Positions 16,168-17,881 of a DNA stretch of 17,881 bases are shown piece after piece. The position numbers and the translations under genes were made by a program. The stretch is taken from the NCBI GenBank assembly GCA_046757665.1, contig JBHHYO010000054.1, positions 1-17,881 on the forward strand, given 5' to 3'. Positions within the stretch are counted from its first letter, which is position 1. Each line of letters opens with the position of its first letter. Under the pieces are notes generated by a model, which worked only from the letters and a program-made list of their open reading frames with translations, was not told the DNA's origin and made no database searches. This stretch comes from Nitrospinales bacterium. Its GTDB lineage: Bacteria; Nitrospinota; Nitrospinia; Nitrospinales; JAJDAT01.

Positions 16168-16194
16168 GTCACACTGAGCTTGTCGAAGTGTGAC
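16168..16194. repeat. REP-like palindrome, copy 2
   Basis: GTCACACT-GAGCTTGTCGA-AGTGTGAC has the same 11-nt loop as 15489-15517, with compensatory stem changes. Confidence 0.8.
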
Positions 16195-16209
16195 CATTGC
16201 TCACTCTTC

Positions 16210-16337
16210 CGGTCTCCGAGTTTTACCCCTTACATATAGCGTGAAATGCAGGGTTGCTCCGGCGCAAGCCCTTTGCATTTGGCGGGTTGAAAACCTGGAG
16301 GGGGGAGGTGGCGGGATTTGGTCCTTGCTCTTGCTAT
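16210..16337. repeat. ~130-bp direct repeat, left copy
   Basis: 16210-16292 matches 17301-17383 at 82 of 83 positions, and 16309-16337 is identical to 17402-17430. Confidence 0.95.
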
Positions 16338-16481
16338 CCCTGCTTTGAGCCTTCAAAACCCATTTGCAATTCTCTGACGGTGGGATAGAATTGTCCGAAA
16401 ATCAAAATCTTAAACAGTGAAAAATAACTTGTAGTCAAGAAGTGGAGATTTGACCCCTTTGTATTATATTATGCTTTTAAT

Positions 16482-16521
16482 AACATATGTTCTTGACAGC
16501 ATATTTTTTTTCAGGCACAAT
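16482..16521 (+). promoter_or_regulatory. sigma-70-type promoter of the TA operon with an adjacent palindromic candidate operator
   Basis: TTGACA (16493-16498), a 17-nt spacer and CACAAT (16516-16521). The perfect palindrome AACATATGTT lies at 16482-16491. Confidence 0.65.
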
Positions 16522-16526
16522 AGTAA

Positions 16527-16871
16527 ATGAAGTGGAAAGTTGAATTTCACGACCTGTTTGAGCCGGAGTTTGATGCGCTTTCCGAGAATGTTCAGGATGA
16601 AATCCTGGCGCTTGGCAAATTGCTCGAAAAATTTGGGCCCCATTTAGAAAGACCCCATGTCGGCGTCTTGAAGGGCTCAAAACATGCCAACCTGAAAGAA
16701 CTCCGGTTTGAAGCTGATGACGGTGTATGGCGGGTCGCCTTTGCCTTTGATACCAAAAGAAAAGCTATTTTGTTGGTGGCAGGGGACAAATCGGGCGGAA
16801 GTGAAAAGACTTTTTATAAAAGATTAATAAAAAAGCGGACAAACGCTTTGACGATCATCTTGAAGAATTAA
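16527..16871 (+). CDS. type II toxin, RelE/HigB superfamily (Gp49/DUF891-like); C-terminus probably frameshifted
   Basis: W.VEFH..FEPEFDAL, FGPHLERPHV..LKGSKHANLKELRF and WRVAFAFD..RKAILLVAGDKSG. The toxin comes first in the pair. The -1 frame after codon 103 gives a family-like tail (ADKRFDDHL) ending at 16915. Confidence 0.88.
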   Translation: MKWKVEFHDLFEPEFDALSENVQDEILALGKLLEKFGPHLERPHVGVLKGSKHANLKELRFEADDGVWRVAFAFDTKRKAILLVAGDKSGGSEKTFYKRLIKKRTNALTIILKN

Positions 16872-16898
16872 AATTGAAAGCTAAAAGGAAACAAGGCC

Positions 16899-17258
16899 AT
16901 GGGAAAAAGTCTTGATGAAAAAATTAAAAAGCTGAGCAAAAAACGCCAGGCAAAAATCGCCAAACGGTTTGAAGAGCTTGAAGCCGAGGAAATGACCCTG
17001 CGGGACCTTCGCAAGGCCATGCACATGACCCAAAAGTCCGTGGCAAAAAAACTTAAAATTAACCAGGACAATGTTTCCCGTTTGGAAGCTCGCTCAGATG
17101 TTCTTTTGTCCACGCTTCAAGCTTATGTCCATTCTCTTGGCGGCAATTTAACCTTGCTGGCTGAATTTCCAAACAGGCCGCCGGTTTTCTTAAAAGGGTT
17201 TTCGGCTTTGGAACATAAAAAGCCTTCCAAATCTGGGTCCTCCGTTTCCACGACTTGA
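16899..17258 (+). CDS. XRE/Cro-C1 HTH antitoxin (HigA-like)
   Basis: TLRDLRKAMHMTQKSVAKKLKINQDNVSRLEARSDVLLSTLQAYVHSLGG.L.L.AEFP. It lies immediately after the toxin and has an upstream AAGGA. Confidence 0.92.
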   Translation: MGKSLDEKIKKLSKKRQAKIAKRFEELEAEEMTLRDLRKAMHMTQKSVAKKLKINQDNVSRLEARSDVLLSTLQAYVHSLGGNLTLLAEFPNRPPVFLKGFSALEHKKPSKSGSSVSTT

Positions 17259-17300
17259 TTTCCTTTCACAAAGCCATTTGCCAAAAAGGTTCACAACCCG

Positions 17301-17430
17301 CGGTCTCCGATTTTTACCCCTTACATATAGCGTGAAATGCAGGGTTGCTCCGGCGCAAGCCCTTTGCATTTGGCGGGTTGAAATACCCCGGCGGGGAGGT
17401 ATGGCGGGATTTGGTCCTTGCTCTTGCTAT
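17301..17430. repeat. ~130-bp direct repeat, right copy
   Basis: Matches 16210-16337 except for one substitution and an 18-nt versus 16-nt variable segment. Confidence 0.95.
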
Positions 17431-17472
17431 TCGGGAAACACGGCAATCAAGATTTGTTTGCTATTTCAGGTT

Positions 17473-17881
17473 CTACCGGTCGCGCATTTCTCGGATTTTT
17501 TTGGCACGCGCCTCCAATTCTCTGGCTTTCCCCTTTTGAACCAACTTTCTTGAAACGGCGGCATAAGTTTCAAGAGTTGTTATCAACTTGGGATCGTTAA
17601 CGCCGTATATTTCTTCCATTATTTCCAGAGATTCTTTAAATAAAGGCTGGGCTTCCTTGAATTTTTCCTCAAGACAATAGATGTCCGCTAAATTTTCCAA
17701 CAACGTAGCAAAGTTTTGACTCTTAGTTTTCTTGTTTTTTTTCATGATCCTCAATAAGTCCAAGTATAAAAATTGAGCTTTTTCGTAATGGCCTTGAAGC
17801 TTCAAGTTAGTCGCCAGACCATTTAAGGAATTTGCTGTGGCAGGATTTTCCACACCAAAAAACTCTTTGTTAATTTTCAGG
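17473..17881 (-). CDS. tetratricopeptide repeat protein (kinesin-light-chain-like TPR), 5' end outside the window
   Basis: Repeats ATANSLNGLATNLKLQGHYEKAQFLY and ATLLENLADIYCLEEKFKEAQPLFKESLEI..EIYG. The frame stays open to the window edge (LKINKEFFGV...). Confidence 0.85.
   Translation of the reverse strand, partial: LKINKEFFGVENPATANSLNGLATNLKLQGHYEKAQFLYLDLLRIMKKNKKTKSQNFATLLENLADIYCLEEKFKEAQPLFKESLEIMEEIYGVNDPKLITTLETYAAVSRKLVQKGKARELEARAKKIREMRDR

Noticed and set aside
15985-16239. short ORFs 15985-16197 (-) and 16039-16239 (+)
   Set aside because: They are translations of palindromic repeat DNA with non-ATG starts and no protein-like features.
16319-16337. sigma-54-like TGGTCC...TTGCTAT in the direct repeat
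   Set aside because: The spacing is 11 rather than 10 and the -24 box deviates from consensus.
16210-17430. direct repeats as a CRISPR array or canonical integron attC sites
   Set aside because: There are only two long copies with a gene-sized spacer, no cas or intI gene in the window, and no proper RYYYAAC/GTTRRRY cores.
17278-17600. three short plus-strand ORFs
   Set aside because: They overlap the direct repeat and the antisense strand of the TPR gene.

Overview
Bacterial chromosomal window that is mostly housekeeping and signalling genes, ending in an accessory, repeat-rich, AT-richer segment. Gene order: small two-TM protein (-); trmN6-like methyltransferase; a 1045-aa ORF fusing MiaA, a signal-peptide-like segment, TPR repeats and a lytic transglycosylase; DUF362 protein; ECF sigma factor, zinc-binding anti-sigma and arsM-like methyltransferase; two histidine kinases (-) divergent from two paralogous single-domain response regulators and an atypical P-II protein; yggS-proC-thrH; about 1.1 kb of non-coding DNA with several nested REP-like palindromes; a RelE/HigB-type toxin plus XRE antitoxin bracketed by a ~130-bp direct repeat; and a TPR gene cut by the window edge. 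The main leads are (1) the MiaA-TPR-SLT fusion with an internal cleavable signal, (2) the kinase/receiver/P-II module whose P-II lacks the 2-oxoglutarate and uridylylation residues, (3) arsM apparently linked to an ECF/ZAS pair, and (4) the repeat-flanked TA module with a leaderless toxin whose tail lies in the -1 frame behind A_AAA_AAG. All family calls come from recognising motifs by eye, and no database search was run. The receiver family recalls Nitrospina/Nitrospira-type genomes, but this is a weak inference.
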